Position numbers and translations under genes: made by a program. DNA of 64,000 nt from an uncultured Nitrososphaerota archaeon (GTDB taxonomy: Archaea; Thermoproteota; Nitrososphaeria; Nitrososphaerales; Gagatemarchaeaceae): NCBI GenBank assembly GCA_963703285.1, contig OY969807.1, forward strand, positions 2,016,001-2,080,000, in the 5' to 3' direction. Under the pieces are notes generated by a model that was given only the letters and a program-made list of their open reading frames with translations, was not told where the DNA came from and ran no database searches. Shown here piece after piece: positions 62,047 through 64,000 of the stretch (its first letter is position 1; each line of letters starts with the position of its first letter).

Positions 62047-63651
62047 CTAGGACCGAACCTTCCTGCTCTGCAGCCTCGAAGCCGGCTCCTTCCCAAGACC
62101 CTTCTTCAGGTACTGCCTCCACGTCACAGCGATCCTCTCTGGCTCGTTGATTCCCGGGTTCGGGACCTTGTGGACCACGGAGTTGTAGGGCGAGTTCTTC
62201 ACGAGCTCCGGGTCCTCGTAGGCTTCCCTCGATATCTCCCGCAGGACCGCCACGTACTCGTCGATGTCGTCCTTCGAGTACGATTCACAGGGCTCCAGGG
62301 TGAAGGGCTCGGGGACAACCCACGGATGGTGGCTGGTCCAGTAGTGCTGGAGGCCGAAGTCGGCCATCCTGCGCTGGACGTCTTCGGTGCCCACCCCAGT
62401 GTCGCTCCGGAGCTTCTCCCAGCTGTACCTGACCTGCTCCAGTCTTCTCTTGCCCGGCGCGTACCGGATCGTCACACCCGGGATCTCGCTGAGCTTCTTC
62501 ATCATGTAGTTGTTGTTGAGGACCGAGCACACCGCCGTCTCCATCAGACCTTCGGCCCCGTGCTGCATTATCCACGCGTAGGACTTGACCAGGCTCTGGG
62601 TGTTGCCCATGAACGACCTCACCTTCCCGATGCTCTCCGGAGAGTCATACTCGAGGTAGTATCCCTTCCTCTTGTCAAACATGACCTGTGGTACAGGCAG
62701 GAACCTGGCCAGGTCTTTCGAGCAGCCTAGTGCGCCGACCGCGCCGCCCATGCTTCCGTGAGGCACGGAGAACGTCTTGTGGAGGTTGAAGTGACAGAGG
62801 TCGAATCCGGCGTCCCTCGCCCGGGTGATGCCAAGCATGCCGTTGGCGTTGGCCTGGTCGTAGTAGCAGAGCGCGCCCACTTCGTGCGCTGCATTCACGA
62901 ACTCGCCTATCCTCGGGTTGTAGATGCCCGTATCCTCCGGGTTTGTGATGAAGATTGCGGCGGTCCTGCGGGAGAGCGCGGCCTTGAAGGCGTCGATGTC
63001 CGCGTATCCGTCCTTGTCGGGCATGACGGTCACCACGTTGAAGCCAGCGGTAGCCGGCCCCGCGGCGTCGCAGGGATGCGAGAACATGGTGGTTACGGTC
63101 TCCGTCCTGTCGAAGTCCTTGCGTGAAGCGTGATAGGCCCTTATCATCGAGGCCGCGGTGAAGGCAGCCTGGGCGCCCCCTGCGGGCTGGAACGAGAACC
63201 TGTCCATCCCCGAGATCTCCTTGAGAAACTGCTCGAGCTTGTAGATGATCTCCATCAGACCCTGCATGGTTTCAGCGGGCTGCAGCGGGTGAATCTCTCG
63301 AATGCCCGGGTGTCTTCCCGCCAGGTGTTCCTGCACCTTCGGACTGTACTTCATCGTGCACGTGCCCTGGCTTATGTCGATCGTGACGTCTGTGCCCATC
63401 GTCTCCTGCGAGAGGTGCATGAAATGGCGAAGGACGCGCATCTGGTTGACCTCGGGGAGCTTCGGAACGGCCTTTCTTCTGAGCTTCTTCGGTATGACGG
63501 AGGTGCCGTTACCAACGAGCCTCCTGACCCTGGCTTCGGGTTCGGTGACGAGGATGCCCCTCTCTCCAGGCACGCTCATCTCGAAGATTATCTGCTCGTC
63601 CCACTTCGCCTCGTGGAACTTCCTGAGCAAGGTACCCGGGTCTCTCCCCAT
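62047..63651 (-). CDS. gcvPB: Glycine dehydrogenase (decarboxylating) subunit 2
   Basis: GTCTMKYSP, FQPAGGAQ, ITNPEDTG, HFNLHKTFSVPHG. Confidence 0.93.
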   Translation of the reverse strand: MGRDPGTLLRKFHEAKWDEQIIFEMSVPGERGILVTEPEARVRRLVGNGTSVIPKKLRRKAVPKLPEVNQMRVLRHFMHLSQETMGTDVTIDISQGTCTMKYSPKVQEHLAGRHPGIREIHPLQPAETMQGLMEIIYKLEQFLKEISGMDRFSFQPAGGAQAAFTAASMIRAYHASRKDFDRTETVTTMFSHPCDAAGPATAGFNVVTVMPDKDGYADIDAFKAALSRRTAAIFITNPEDTGIYNPRIGEFVNAAHEVGALCYYDQANANGMLGITRARDAGFDLCHFNLHKTFSVPHGSMGGAVGALGCSKDLARFLPVPQVMFDKRKGYYLEYDSPESIGKVRSFMGNTQSLVKSYAWIMQHGAEGLMETAVCSVLNNNYMMKKLSEIPGVTIRYAPGKRRLEQVRYSWEKLRSDTGVGTEDVQRRMADFGLQHYWTSHHPWVVPEPFTLEPCESYSKDDIDEYVAVLREISREAYEDPELVKNSPYNSVVHKVPNPGINEPERIAVTWRQYLKKGLGKEPASRLQSRKVRS

Positions 63652-63653
63652 CT

Positions 63654-64000
63654 CTAGACGACCTCCTTGATGGCCCCGACCAGCCTCCGTATGTCGTCCG
63701 CTGTCTTGATCTCGGTCACGCAGTAGAGGCTGCTCTGTCCCAGCTCCGGGAGTTCCTTCGAGAGGTCTTTCCCACCAATGATCCCCTTGGCAAGCAGGCC
63801 CTTGTTGACCTTCTCGACCGTCTTCGCCCTGGTCCCGTCGAAGCTCACCACGAACTCCTTGAAGAAGGGGGTCTTCGGGAACCTCAGCTTCACTCCCCGC
63901 ACTTCAGCGAGCTGTCTGGAGGCGTACTGCGACATCTGCATGATGGCCCGTCCCGTCTCCTCCATCCCCTTTGGCCCCATCAGGGAGAGGTACACCGCTG
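63654..64000 (-). CDS. gcvPA: Glycine dehydrogenase subunit 1, 3' part (truncated by the window edge)
   Basis: YLSLMGPKG, FFKEFVV, LYCVTE; directly upstream of gcvPB. Confidence 0.88.
   Translation of the reverse strand, partial: AVYLSLMGPKGMEETGRAIMQMSQYASRQLAEVRGVKLRFPKTPFFKEFVVSFDGTRAKTVEKVNKGLLAKGIIGGKDLSKELPELGQSSLYCVTEIKTADDIRRLVGAIKEVV

Noticed and set aside
1-64000. Integrase, casposase, transposase, rRNA or complete tRNA genes
   Set aside because: No ORF with the relevant catalytic motifs and no full cloverleaf or rRNA-like sequence was recognised by eye.

Overview
GC-rich archaeal DNA, most likely a non-ammonia-oxidising Nitrososphaerota (inferred from the aEF-2 sequence, AGG-rich codon use, TATA-type promoters and gene families). 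Main features: (1) aEF-2 (20818-23007, -) is followed downstream by six clear and one weak extra copies of its own 3' end, spread over about 16 kb. Different cargo sits between the copies (VapBC, RelBE, small ORFs, a ~11 kb catabolic/ABC cluster, DUF202), giving an integron- or CRISPR-like accretion array anchored on an essential gene. No integrase or casposase was recognised in the window. (2) The first ~177 codons of aEF-2 have a different codon style from the rest. (3) A 3.3 kb group II intron (23889-27202) splits an ArdC-like gene. Besides its RT/HNH protein it carries a second, secreted-protein gene with its own promoter, looped out of domain I, and it has GCGCG...AG ends. (4) A second patchwork island (27-37 kb) has alternating repeated gene fragments around TA/HEPN defence genes. 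(5) A ~5,400 aa beta-rich giant gene (42230-58484) is split by one frameshift. All three clear frameshifts in the window are fixed by removing one base from GA(A/T)TC to give GATC. The window ends in ParB, an ATP-NAD kinase and gcvPB/gcvPA. All calls come from reading the sequence; no database search was run.
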